Part shown: in pieces, positions 49,539 through 58,958 of the stretch | Layout of the letters: every line of letters starts with the position of its first letter | Numbering within the stretch: the first letter of the stretch is position 1 | Program-made: the position numbers and the translations under genes | Virus record (IMG/VR): IMGVR_UViG_3300040758_000047 | Coordinates: 32,504-96,503 of that record | DNA from: a virus | Direction: 5' to 3' (one strand) | Length of the DNA stretch: 64,000 nucleotides | Notes under the pieces: model-generated | Database searches by the model: none | The model's input: only the letters and a program-made list of their open reading frames with translations | Told to the model about the DNA's origin: nothing

Positions 49539-49907
49539 ATGAACACTGAAAAACACGATCTTGCACACTACATGGCGCTGCCATATACGAAACTACTTCG
49601 TCCCGATACGGACGGCGACATCGTTGCAAGAATTGTAGAACTGCCTGGGTGCTCTGCTCATGGAGAGAACGCAGAAGAGGCGCTAGAGAATCTTCAGGAG
49701 GCACAGCGCCTGTGGCTGGAGGACTGCATCGAGGCAGGCGATCCTGTACCTGAGCCAGAAAAGGAGGATCCCCTTCCGAGCGGAAAGTGGGTTCAGCGTG
49801 TACCGCGCAGTTTGCATCAGCGTCTCGTCAGGGCAGCAAACTCTGAGCGCGTCAGTCTCAATCAGCTTGTGACATCAATGCTGTCCGAGAGGATCAGCTT
49901 ACGGTAG
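49539..49907 (+). CDS. hicB: HicB-family antitoxin (orphan)
   Basis: ELPGCSAHGE..EEAL...SGKWVQRVPRSLHQRL...VSLNQL. Confidence 0.88.
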   Translation: MNTEKHDLAHYMALPYTKLLRPDTDGDIVARIVELPGCSAHGENAEEALENLQEAQRLWLEDCIEAGDPVPEPEKEDPLPSGKWVQRVPRSLHQRLVRAANSERVSLNQLVTSMLSERISLR

Positions 49908-50002
49908 TGTCCTAAATCTGAAAACGGGATTTTTAAAGTAGCCCACTACCAGCAGAGAGTCCTGTATTCTTTATTACACAAGAGTAGGTATACTAGTGCC
50001 AT

Positions 50003-50623
50003 ATGGCTAGTGATGCCATCATGACGGCTGGCTACGCCCTAGTGTTTCTCGTCATTCTCCATCATCCCTTACGCCAAAAGCTACATTTGATGTTGTTCTC
50101 TTGCGCGTTTGCAGCCATCTACAACGTCGCTTACAGAACCGCAGTATGGTATATCCCTTTGGATGGGATCGCGCTGTTTGTGAGGCTCCTAGCCCCCTTG
50201 GAGGCCGTTTGGAACGTCATCGAGGTGAGGAAGGATTGTCGGTTCGGATTCGCTGGACTTTGCGCAGCCCTATCGTTGGGGATCTACAACCCGAACGTGC
50301 TGGCTTGGGGATATTTACCGATCAGGAACCTAAGTACCTTATCCGTGGCTGGAGTCTGCCTGATGGTTAGCTTAGGGAACCACTTCGAGCCATTCACTAA
50401 GAACCGGCTGCTCTCAGTCCACATTGAACTTCAGACCGCTTGGATGATCTTGCACGCCCTTACTTCGGCGTCTTACCACTTCTTAACCACAGCCCAGAGA
50501 TGGGACACAGCCCGGTGGTTTTACGTGGCCGGATCTGTGGTGATCTTCGGCCTATATCACCACTTCTTTTTTAAGAGTCCGGTGGGACAGGTGGCGGGCC
50601 AGGTGGGTCGCTTAACGCTTTGA
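50003..50623 (+). CDS. multi-pass membrane protein
   Basis: About 6-7 hydrophobic segments. Confidence 0.65.
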   Translation: MASDAIMTAGYALVFLVILHHPLRQKLHLMLFSCAFAAIYNVAYRTAVWYIPLDGIALFVRLLAPLEAVWNVIEVRKDCRFGFAGLCAALSLGIYNPNVLAWGYLPIRNLSTLSVAGVCLMVSLGNHFEPFTKNRLLSVHIELQTAWMILHALTSASYHFLTTAQRWDTARWFYVAGSVVIFGLYHHFFFKSPVGQVAGQVGRLTL

Positions 50624-50744
50624 CGAGATCCTGGAGTAATTTTTCTGCTTCTGCGGTGGTTGGGGTGCCAATGGCCTTTAGGATCGCCAGCACCTTGTTG
50701 AGAACAACAATTATTAGCTGCTCGTACTTCATGGTCTAATCCCC

Positions 50745-51011
50745 TTACCGATCATGGCTAGACCGCCATGCCGCATCGTCTTTGTCGTGCTGTTCCAAAA
50801 TACCTCGAACTCGGGCCTGTTCCTCGCGGACTGAATTTAAGTCACTCATGACCTTTTGTTGGTTGTTTTGGACCATGTTGATCCGTTCGGCCTGTGCGTC
50901 TATCTTGGCCCCAAGGTTTCCCCAAGAGACCGCGAGCCCCATAAGAACCAATAGGATGGTGAGGACTTGTCCAGCGTCTACTTTCCAGGTCAACTGCGGC
51001 ATTTGCGTCAT
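50745..51011 (-). CDS. TM plus coiled-coil protein of the lysis region
   Basis: AGGAG RBS; one TM helix. Confidence 0.6.
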   Translation of the reverse strand: MTQMPQLTWKVDAGQVLTILLVLMGLAVSWGNLGAKIDAQAERINMVQNNQQKVMSDLNSVREEQARVRGILEQHDKDDAAWRSSHDR

Positions 51012-51089
51012 CTCCTAAAGCCCACGGCAGAGATGCGCGCCCTACAACTTCAATCTTATCATGGGTCTCTTACCCAGTACAACGTGGGA

Positions 51090-51446
51090 CTAGAGTACCA
51101 CAAACTCCCAATCAATTTGCCCGTTGTCCACCATTCCCAACAGACTCCAGACCTTCTCCCCGAGGTCGATCCCGGCTCCATTGGTCGGACGCCCCGTCAT
51201 GTCAGTTCCACTCTCTGCTTGCGGGCGCTGGCCATCAAAGACATAGGCGTCATCGTTGATATTCCATGGACCGACATCAAGGACAATCGCCAGGGAGGAC
51301 TTGGTGTTTAGGGGATTAGTCAACTGGATGAAGCAACCGAGGGCTTTGGTGGATGGAAGTGCCACGAAGGGGACAACAGTGTCGATCACGTAGCCGCTGG
51401 CTGTGCGCTGTCCCACTAACCCTTCGCGGGTAGCTTTGACAATCAC
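51090..51446 (-). CDS. RlpA-like double-psi beta-barrel protein, putative endolysin
   Basis: TASG, VALP, VLDVGPW and GIDL motifs. Confidence 0.65.
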   Translation of the reverse strand: MIVKATREGLVGQRTASGYVIDTVVPFVALPSTKALGCFIQLTNPLNTKSSLAIVLDVGPWNINDDAYVFDGQRPQAESGTDMTGRPTNGAGIDLGEKVWSLLGMVDNGQIDWEFVVL

Positions 51447-51649
51447 GGCGTCTTTATGCCGTTCTTGGCCCCGACCAAGGCTTTATTAGCGCCGATGATT
51501 TGCAGCACGTTGTAGAGCCAAGTATAGAACGGGTTACCCATCGGCTGCGGGGTGGGCATCGAGTGGATTACCCACGAGTAGATCCACAGCGCGACAGGCC
51601 CAGAGAACCAACCCCAGTGCTGCTGGAAGAATTGAACTATCTGCGTCAT
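51443..51649 (-). CDS. putative holin-like membrane protein
   Basis: 68 aa, hydrophobic, coupled to the putative endolysin. Confidence 0.5.
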   Translation of the reverse strand: MTQIVQFFQQHWGWFSGPVALWIYSWVIHSMPTPQPMGNPFYTWLYNVLQIIGANKALVGAKNGIKTP

Positions 51650-51825
51650 TGCTTTGCTCCTAACTTGATGGTTGAGGTCACTGTGGCCCCATCCAGGCGG
51701 TCCACAAGTGCCACAAGCTGCGACACGACCGCTTCCAGCCGCGTCATGAAGTCGCCTTCGATCTTCTCGCCAGCCGTAGCCACTGTCTGCGCCGCCTGCT
51801 CGCCCGCCGATTCGCCGAATGCCAT
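51646..51825 (-). CDS. small hypothetical protein
   Basis: AGGAGG RBS, start MAFGESAG; the longer ORF-track call is a frame overlap. Confidence 0.55.
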   Translation of the reverse strand: MAFGESAGEQAAQTVATAGEKIEGDFMTRLEAVVSQLVALVDRLDGATVTSTIKLGAKQ

Positions 51826-51833
51826 GCCGCCTC

Positions 51834-53648
51834 CTAGGACACCTGAGAGATCAGCCAGACATCCGTACATAGATTTGCGTCGAGGATGTAGGCGTAGGGA
51901 ATCGAGGCGTACCCTCGCTTGCCCCAAGCCGTTCCCCACGAGTTCTGCATGATGAAGCTCTGCGGCGGAATGTCGGCCAAGCCATTGTCCGTGTAGCCTA
52001 CCAGACGCACGCAATGCCCCCCTAATTGGTTCTCGCTCGCTCCTGGCATAGGTACGTCGCCGCTCGCCGCCACGGCATCCGACTCGAACGAATCGTACAC
52101 TAAGATACCGATCACCAGCCCGTGCGCTGGATCGGTTCGCACCGCGCGGGCTAGTGATGTAGTCGAGTTGCCATAGGCCAGAGCCGTCTTCAGATCCGTC
52201 AAGTCCTGATTGACACTCTGCGCGCCCAACGCAAGGAACTGCAAGGCGTCGGCATAGCACTTGTCCGGCGGCTGGACGGCAAACTGCGAAATGTCGTAAG
52301 GCCACTCCGTCTCAGAGCAAGCGCCTTGAGTTTGTACGGCAGCGATACCGTCTGGGATTGTAGCCCCAGCGTCTTGCGGGACGGTCCCCTCGATCACGCG
52401 GCTGCAATAATACACAAAAAGACGACTCCGCATTGTGAGCGGTTCTCCTTGAGCCAAAGCCTGAGCCTCCAGTTCTTCGCAGGTTCCATTGGCAGTGCAA
52501 GAGTTCCCGGAGATCAGTATAGAACCACTGCGCCTAGTAATCAGTATGGAATTGGGGACGGAGGCGCAGAACACTTCGCCCTTGTAATAATCGGGTTTGA
52601 ACGTCTCCCGCGGTTTTAGGTTGAGATGATCGGTTTCCCATTGAGTCAGGTATCGTTCAGACGAACGAGAAACAATCGGAACACCGTCATTCCGCACGGC
52701 TGGCGCCCTAAGTTCAGCCCTATAAATTGAGGATCGATTACCACATTTGAGCAGCAGTTCCTGCAAGTCATCGATCATCCCATCGCTCGTGCTAAAAAAC
52801 TGATGCGGGCGCTTCCCGGTGTGGGTTTGGTCACCAAAAAATGATAGAAACAGTTTGATTTGGCGTTGTGATGCAAAGCGGATAATCCCCGGCACTCTTT
52901 TGGCTGATGCCGATCTGCCATTGCATCCACACGACTCACGGAACCAGTTAGCCAACTCAGCACTGAAGAACGTCCATTTACGCGGAGCGCTCTCGTAAAT
53001 GCCCAATCGCTGCGCCAACGAAGCGATGATGTTATACCGCCCGTCGTTGAAGCAGCAGAATCCGCCAACCCTATTCTCTTTGGCTTCGGAATCGGAAATC
53101 CATCCATCTGAGATAACCAGCGCGGCAAGGGATATCAGATCATCCCCACTCAGTTCGTATTTGCCGATCCGAAGGCCCCTCAAGTCTATTCCGGTCCATC
53201 CTCGCGGAGCAGCCAAAAGGCCCGCGATGGAAGGGATGCTATCGGCAGTCTCAAATCCGAAACCTGCACTTTTGCGAGGGCGAATGTACATGCGGTGATT
53301 CGGCGTTACCGCGCAATCGAGTGAACGATGGTCGGCAAAATACATCGGGCCTTCATAGACGTACCGAAAAAGGGCGGTCGGGTGCTGATACTCAAATGCA
53401 TGGGTTAACGGATTTACTGTGGCAAGAGAATCGTGCCCATCGTATGCGTTCCACGGCTTCCATCCGCTCTCTGTGAGCACTTCGGTTTTATCATCATGGC
53501 ATCCAAGCGAGCCCTGATCGACTACCGGAGGTTGCAAATTCCGCATGTCGAGGTCTTGAGGCAGCGTGAAGTGCGGAGCGTCGAAGACTCGGTACCGCGC
53601 CTTTTTAGCGCTCGGTGTGGGGATGCAGCCGTAAATGTGCTTTGACAT
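51834..53648 (-). CDS. papain-family (C1) cysteine peptidase interrupted by an intein
   Basis: DQGSLG|SCTAN, SRLFVYY, GGHCVRLVGY, QNSWGTAWG..GY; start at 53648. Confidence 0.88.
   Translation of the reverse strand: MSKHIYGCIPTPSAKKARYRVFDAPHFTLPQDLDMRNLQPPVVDQGSLGCHDDKTEVLTESGWKPWNAYDGHDSLATVNPLTHAFEYQHPTALFRYVYEGPMYFADHRSLDCAVTPNHRMYIRPRKSAGFGFETADSIPSIAGLLAAPRGWTGIDLRGLRIGKYELSGDDLISLAALVISDGWISDSEAKENRVGGFCCFNDGRYNIIASLAQRLGIYESAPRKWTFFSAELANWFRESCGCNGRSASAKRVPGIIRFASQRQIKLFLSFFGDQTHTGKRPHQFFSTSDGMIDDLQELLLKCGNRSSIYRAELRAPAVRNDGVPIVSRSSERYLTQWETDHLNLKPRETFKPDYYKGEVFCASVPNSILITRRSGSILISGNSCTANGTCEELEAQALAQGEPLTMRSRLFVYYCSRVIEGTVPQDAGATIPDGIAAVQTQGACSETEWPYDISQFAVQPPDKCYADALQFLALGAQSVNQDLTDLKTALAYGNSTTSLARAVRTDPAHGLVIGILVYDSFESDAVAASGDVPMPGASENQLGGHCVRLVGYTDNGLADIPPQSFIMQNSWGTAWGKRGYASIPYAYILDANLCTDVWLISQVS
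52503..53501 (-). mobile_element. intein (333 aa) with LAGLIDADG-type endonuclease region
   Basis: Begins CHDDKTEVLTESGWK; block B VTPNHRM; LAALVISDG; ends VFCASVPN...ISGN followed by Ser(+1). Confidence 0.9.
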
Positions 53649-53649
53649 T

Positions 53650-54405
53650 TCAGGACTTCTCCGTCCTTGCATGAGGCAGGAAGTACCGTATGCCAGGCGT
53701 ATCGGGGATCGGAATCGACGACGTTAGCTGCAAAGTGTTGATCGCTATCGGTTTCGCTGGCAATAACATCCTGAGCTTCGCCGCTTTCTTCGCAGCCCGG
53801 CTACCGGGTCTTGGCTGGCGGTCGGTGTACTCATACGTGGTCACGCCAGCGCCCGGCATTACGGTCACGGTTGGGAATGGAACCGATGTGGTAGGAGCGA
53901 ACACGGACTGGAGCGTAATCGCCGGGTTAGGCGCTTGCTTCTGAAATACTGCGCTTATCGCAGGTAGTTCCTGGGCCACGCCAGCGGATGCGTCTGCGAC
54001 GATAAGACCGGCTCTCTCCGATATGGTGCCAATCAATCCGGCGCTCGCGCCTACGGGGATGGCGAGGTTTGCGGCAAACACGGTAATGGTGGCCACTTTA
54101 GCCAACAGCGACTTATTAGCCGCGCCCTGTAGGTTGAGTTGCGCGGCATTGGGCGCGATCAGGTGCAGGTTATCGGGAGCCGGAAGAGCCCTGACCGCGT
54201 GCGACATTTGAATGAAGGACGTCGTGCAGGGGACGGTTGACCAAATATCCACCTCTACGGGCGTCATATTATGGGCGGCAGGGATGAAGTCCGTCACCGT
54301 CCCCTGCGGGAGCACGGTCACTTGCACGGAAATACTAGCGCAGGGCGGCGGCACTTGCGCGATAGCGACCGCCGCCAACGTTAGGATAACCAGAAAGACT
54401 TTCAT
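53650..54405 (-). CDS. signal-peptide protein
   Basis: MKVFLVILTLAAVAIA-Q. Confidence 0.65.
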   Translation of the reverse strand: MKVFLVILTLAAVAIAQVPPPCASISVQVTVLPQGTVTDFIPAAHNMTPVEVDIWSTVPCTTSFIQMSHAVRALPAPDNLHLIAPNAAQLNLQGAANKSLLAKVATITVFAANLAIPVGASAGLIGTISERAGLIVADASAGVAQELPAISAVFQKQAPNPAITLQSVFAPTTSVPFPTVTVMPGAGVTTYEYTDRQPRPGSRAAKKAAKLRMLLPAKPIAINTLQLTSSIPIPDTPGIRYFLPHARTEKS

Positions 54406-54521
54406 ATATCTCCTCTACGAGATCTTTCCCAGCGCTGCCTCGATCTCCAGTTCGAAGTTTCGGCGGCTAGCATTTCGGTTCTCCCTCCCGATGTTTGGGG
54501 AATTTACTTGAGTACAGCAGT

Positions 54522-54965
54522 TCATTCTCCGACTGCCCTTAAAACGTTGATAATAAGCGTGTCACGAACAACCTGCAAGTCATCCGTTATCAAATGGGCC
54601 ATCTTCACCATCAGGTCAGGCTCGCGTAATCCTGGCACATAAACGATGACAAGTTTGCCCGCGCCACAGGCCCAACCAGCTTCCAAGCTGGCAGACACAC
54701 CGCATGGCATCACGTATACACACGCGTCGCAGGCTTTCAGTGCTCCCATATCTCGATTGAATCCACGTTCAGCGCATGGATGATCCAACCCAGCCAAGTA
54801 CTTGGGAACATCACTAGGCCAATCCAGCCATGCTGGATCGACCTCAGACCAATGAAAACCATCGGAGTCCATGAAGTCATAGACGGTATGACCATCTTCG
54901 CGAAGTGCCGCCACAACAGACGGCTGAAACTTGTTCCGCCAAGAACTAGCCACGTAAACGTTCAT
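54522..54965 (-). CDS. nucleoside 2-deoxyribosyltransferase-like protein
   Basis: VYVASSWRN...DMGAL..CDACVYVMPCGVSASLEAGW. Confidence 0.65.
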   Translation of the reverse strand: MNVYVASSWRNKFQPSVVAALREDGHTVYDFMDSDGFHWSEVDPAWLDWPSDVPKYLAGLDHPCAERGFNRDMGALKACDACVYVMPCGVSASLEAGWACGAGKLVIVYVPGLREPDLMVKMAHLITDDLQVVRDTLIINVLRAVGE

Positions 54966-54999
54966 ATGTCTCCGCTGTACTCAAGTCGCGGACACTCCT

Positions 55000-55629
55000 C
55001 TACGAGATCTTTCCGAGCGCTGCCTCGATCTCCAGTTCCACATCGTCGAGGCCGCATTTACCGTCGCCGACGTTGGCCGCTTGGCCGGTACATGTGCCGT
55101 GTAGCGCGTCCGAGATCATGGCAAGGACATCGGCTATTGCTGCCGTGCAATCTCCGGTGATGGCATACACCGAGCAGATGTTGAAAGCCCCAGAGGTGGC
55201 CGTCAACGTTACCGGGCCTCCGGCGCTGGTAGCTGCGGCGGGGCTGGATACCGATACCGTTGCCGATTGCGGCTTGGTGCTGGCCGGGATAGCGATTGGC
55301 ACGGTCAGCAACGCGCCGCTACCGATCACCGTGTCGTTCAGCGTGCTGGAGCCAGCCAGAATAAAAGCGGCACCGTTGACCGTGACCGCCTTGACCGCAG
55401 CGGTGGCCGCCGCGCCAAGCGCGAGCGTACCAGGTGTCAGCGTGGTCGGCGTGGTGGCAACTGTTCCACCGAATGCCGCGATACCGGACGATGGGGAGGA
55501 GTCGCTGAACGCAATGGTGGCAGTAACGGACTGTCCGGGCCATACCTGCGTCGGGGCCACGGTGACAGAGAGAGATTGCGCACCGGCCAGTGCTCCAGCC
55601 AGCGCGAAGAGAATCGTTAGTCGTTTCAT
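55000..55629 (-). CDS. secreted cohesin-like plus dockerin-like protein
   Basis: Signal peptide, beta-sandwich, duplicated GD....D(V) loops ending AALG. Confidence 0.5.
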   Translation of the reverse strand: MKRLTILFALAGALAGAQSLSVTVAPTQVWPGQSVTATIAFSDSSPSSGIAAFGGTVATTPTTLTPGTLALGAAATAAVKAVTVNGAAFILAGSSTLNDTVIGSGALLTVPIAIPASTKPQSATVSVSSPAAATSAGGPVTLTATSGAFNICSVYAITGDCTAAIADVLAMISDALHGTCTGQAANVGDGKCGLDDVELEIEAALGKIS

Positions 55630-55819
55630 AGTTACTCCGTTGTTCCTCGGGCGGCGTTGCCGTCTGCCGCCTGCTTGCGTAACCGCTGGTTCTCCACGAG
55701 TTCATCCGCCAGTTGGGATGCGAGAGATTGAACACGGGCGCGAAGGCGCTCGATCTCCCGCTCGGCGTCTTGAAGCTCAGGCGGGGGCGGCTTTACGGTG
55801 AGTCCTTCATTCTGATTAA

Positions 55820-56230
55820 TTACTCCCATGGTTGGGGAATTATATACCCTTCAATATCTGGAAAGTTTGGGACTGCTATAACATCGTTAGACAGGCTTCG
55901 CAGTCCATAAAGCAATATCGGCTCCCAGTTGTTGAAGCCGCGAAGTTTCCCGTTACGCTGCACCGATCCCAAGCGAACCCAAGCCATCACCCAATCTGGG
56001 CGCGGATAATCGTACATTGCTTTCACTCCTGAAAATAGCGCAACCGGGGCGATACTGCGGGCAATAGGCAACCATGATTCCCACGGTACGATAGACATAT
56101 CCCACGGGGCCTTGTGCATCCCATATGGCGGGTCTGTCAACGTCAGATTCACATTCGTCAACGTCGGCAGAATGTCGCGGCAGTCTCCGTGGTAGATTGT
56201 GATCCTATTTTCTTCGTAATAGGGCTTCAC
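55820..56230 (-). pseudogene. truncated N4/N6 DNA methyltransferase
   Basis: IYHGDC and TDPPYG present; SAM-binding FxGxG half missing. Confidence 0.7.
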
Positions 56231-56652
56231 TTGTTACCCTCGTGCGGTCCCGCCTTCAACACATTTTCAGCTCTATCTACGTTTTCCAAATACTGTTTGA
56301 TTCTCTTCCTTATTCTCCGGCGAAGCCCAGGAACCAATGGATTACCTTGACCAAACTCGGCACAAACGATGTTTGTTAACCTTCTAACTAGTACGTCATT
56401 CGCGTTGCCGTCTGCCGCCTGCTTGCGTAACCGCTGGTTCTCCACGCGTTCATCCGCTAGTTGGGATGCGAGAGATGCGACGTGGGCACGAAGACGTTCA
56501 ATCTCCCGCTCGGCCTCTTGAAGCTCAGGCGCGGGCGCCTTTATGGTATCATCTTCAGGTAATCTACGAAGAGACTCATAATACCCATGACAAATGCACC
56601 TACACTTTAATGATCCTTCTTCAGTAATACAATTACACAAAGCACAATTCAT
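56227..56652 (-). CDS. hypothetical protein with a duplicated coiled-coil segment
   Basis: 56402-56547 is repeated at 55654-55799. Confidence 0.55.
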   Translation of the reverse strand: MNCALCNCITEEGSLKCRCICHGYYESLRRLPEDDTIKAPAPELQEAEREIERLRAHVASLASQLADERVENQRLRKQAADGNANDVLVRRLTNIVCAEFGQGNPLVPGLRRRIRKRIKQYLENVDRAENVLKAGPHEGNK

Positions 56653-56718
56653 GATCTCTCCATTGCTTAGAGGCGGCTTAAGTCAGAGTCAGCCGCCACG
56701 GAGACAGCGGCTAACTCG

Positions 56719-57456
56719 CTACAAAGGATCGGAGTAATAGTAGCTCGCTCCGAACTCCCCAAACTGCTTTGTCACATTCAGAATGGTCGGACCCTGCACC
56801 GATCCGAGAACCCCCGTATACGTGTACAGACCGTAGGTTTCCCCGATAATCAGGGAGGTCTCAGGATCGGCCTGGGTTACCGTGTCTAGCCCCGCTACCA
56901 ACGAAAATACTGCGAACTGCCCATTCCTGCTCTTGGCCAGCCCCAAAAATCCATTGATATACGGAACACCGGCAGGGGGGGCAGGAGGCACGAACGGAGG
57001 GCATACACCAGCCAATGGCCCTGTGGTGGCGGGGTATACCCATCCTGAGCCGTCTCCGCTTGGGTCCATGATTACCGTGCAGGGGCCGACTGGCACGGGA
57101 CTTGCCACGGGCGGCGCGGCGGTAGGTGTAAATATCGGGGGATCACCGGCAGCATCCCAAGCGGCCTTCTGCTGCGCCTGATAATTTAGCGCTGCCTGAT
57201 TGAAAGTGTCGATTGCAACTTGATTGGCCTCCGCACCGCCCGTACCCGTCGTCGCTGGGACAGTGGCTTGCCCCTGATAGGCAGCGATGAACTGGGTAAC
57301 CAGTTGATTTGTCGGTTGCACGGGTTGACCTTGGAAATTCGGCCACGCAGGGATGTGTGCCCCGCCCGAAGGCAGTGGCGACGGCGCTTCATTGGCTGGC
57401 ACGACCGTCACTATCGGAGTGGCCGATGGCGGGTTCGTGATATACGTTGTGCTCAT
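56719..57456 (-). CDS. Pro-rich hypothetical protein
   Basis: GAGG RBS. Confidence 0.6.
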   Translation of the reverse strand: MSTTYITNPPSATPIVTVVPANEAPSPLPSGGAHIPAWPNFQGQPVQPTNQLVTQFIAAYQGQATVPATTGTGGAEANQVAIDTFNQAALNYQAQQKAAWDAAGDPPIFTPTAAPPVASPVPVGPCTVIMDPSGDGSGWVYPATTGPLAGVCPPFVPPAPPAGVPYINGFLGLAKSRNGQFAVFSLVAGLDTVTQADPETSLIIGETYGLYTYTGVLGSVQGPTILNVTKQFGEFGASYYYSDPL

Positions 57457-57689
57457 AATTTCCTCTCGATTTTTTGTAAGGGTTCCTTCGGCTACAAAGG
57501 TATCCCTTTACTTGGATGAAGTCAAGAGGTTTTAGGGGGCGAATGAATACGTTACGTTCACGCGCACCAGACACACCCGTTTAATTCCGCTACAAAATTC
57601 TATAGGCCCAACTATAAGTTCCTGCCGGAAGAACTGGGTTTGCGGACAACCCCCATCCGTAAACACACTTGGCATTGAAGTTCTCCTTT

Positions 57690-58148
57690 TTACGGTGCAA
57701 AGAAATACGTAACAGTGACTCGGATGGTTTGGTGGCTGGCAAAAGCTGGCTCAATTATTGTAACGGGAGTTCCTGGCTGCAAAGCCTTCAACCCTGTCGG
57801 ATAGGTTACGCTGAACGTCTGCACGCAAGAGCCGACTCCAGCATTTACGCCGCTCGCCATCATCCAAGACAAACTAGCAGCCGCCAGAATACCGCCTAAA
57901 TTGGTACTAGTCACGAAGGTAGGTACCGCGACAGCGACTCCCGTAGCGTCTTGGCAATTTGAAAAATCAATTTGCGTAACATAGACGCTTTGGCCTGCTG
58001 GCGGAGTCAAGGTTATCGTGGTTCCAGTACTTGCGACGGTCTGAGTGAATAAGCCGACATCCAATCGACTAGCTGACTGCTGAACCGACGCGGGAAGCTG
58101 GGCAAACGCCGCAGCAGAGAGTGCGAAAAATACAAGAAGTCTTTTCAC
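57690..58148 (-). CDS. signal-peptide beta-sandwich protein (paralogue of 58159-58605)
   Basis: GTG start after AAGGAG; shares TITLTP, QS.YV and YPTGLK with its neighbour. Confidence 0.7.
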   Translation of the reverse strand: MKRLLVFFALSAAAFAQLPASVQQSASRLDVGLFTQTVASTGTTITLTPPAGQSVYVTQIDFSNCQDATGVAVAVPTFVTSTNLGGILAAASLSWMMASGVNAGVGSCVQTFSVTYPTGLKALQPGTPVTIIEPAFASHQTIRVTVTYFFAP

Positions 58149-58158
58149 GTTATTCTCC

Positions 58159-58605
58159 TTACGGGGCCGATGAGTACGCCACATTTACGCCAATAGTTTG
58201 GTTCGTAGCGAAAGTTGGCAGTACAATCGTCACTACGGTTCCAGGAACCGTTGACTTTAGTCCGGTCGGATAGCTAATAACTAGATTTTGCACACAAGCC
58301 CCCGCAGTTGTTCCGCTCCCCATTTGCCATTGCGGAGACCCAGTCAAATTTGTCGTGGTGACCGCTGTCTGAGCAGCAGCGGAAACCGCCGAGGACCCGG
58401 CGCAGTTGAGAATATCGATCTCATATACATAGATCGACTGTGAGCCGAGCGGCGTCAATGTAATGGTGGCCCCGGTGGCATGGCTTGAAGCTGCCATCAA
58501 TGCGGCGTCGGCCCGCGTGTTTGTCTGTTGGATGTTTGTGGGGCCTTGAGCAAATGCCGATACCGCCAAGAGCAGCCCGAGCGCCACAAGAAGCAATTTC
58601 TTCAT
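58159..58605 (-). CDS. signal-peptide beta-sandwich protein
   Basis: MKKLLLVALGLLLAVSAFA-Q. Confidence 0.7.
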   Translation of the reverse strand: MKKLLLVALGLLLAVSAFAQGPTNIQQTNTRADAALMAASSHATGATITLTPLGSQSIYVYEIDILNCAGSSAVSAAAQTAVTTTNLTGSPQWQMGSGTTAGACVQNLVISYPTGLKSTVPGTVVTIVLPTFATNQTIGVNVAYSSAP

Positions 58606-58618
58606 CGTAATTCTCCTT

Positions 58619-58951
58619 CTAGTTACAAAATGTAGTCCTCACCGGGGGCGCACACTTCGGGTACAGCGGCGAAGTGATTGTTAACGTCCCGTCGATTCTA
58701 GCCGTGATCGAGTTCCAGTTGATGTTGTCCTTCGTAAAACAGATTGCCGTGTTTGAGCCGCCGCTCCCGCTCGCTCCCGCCGTGGGACAGACATTGGAAG
58801 TGCTTGCCCCTGTCCAAACATAGAGTACGTTCGGCAAAGCTTCGGTGGCAGTCGGAAGAGTGCTTCCGACAATAGGCTGGTTTGGTGCGGGAAAGAGTTG
58901 GGCGTATCCCAATGCGGCCAACCCGAATAAGAGCACAAGTAGCTTCTTCAT
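58619..58951 (-). CDS. signal-peptide protein
   Basis: MKKLLVLLFGLAALGYA-Q. Confidence 0.65.
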   Translation of the reverse strand: MKKLLVLLFGLAALGYAQLFPAPNQPIVGSTLPTATEALPNVLYVWTGASTSNVCPTAGASGSGGSNTAICFTKDNINWNSITARIDGTLTITSPLYPKCAPPVRTTFCN

Positions 58952-58958
58952 GGCGTCC

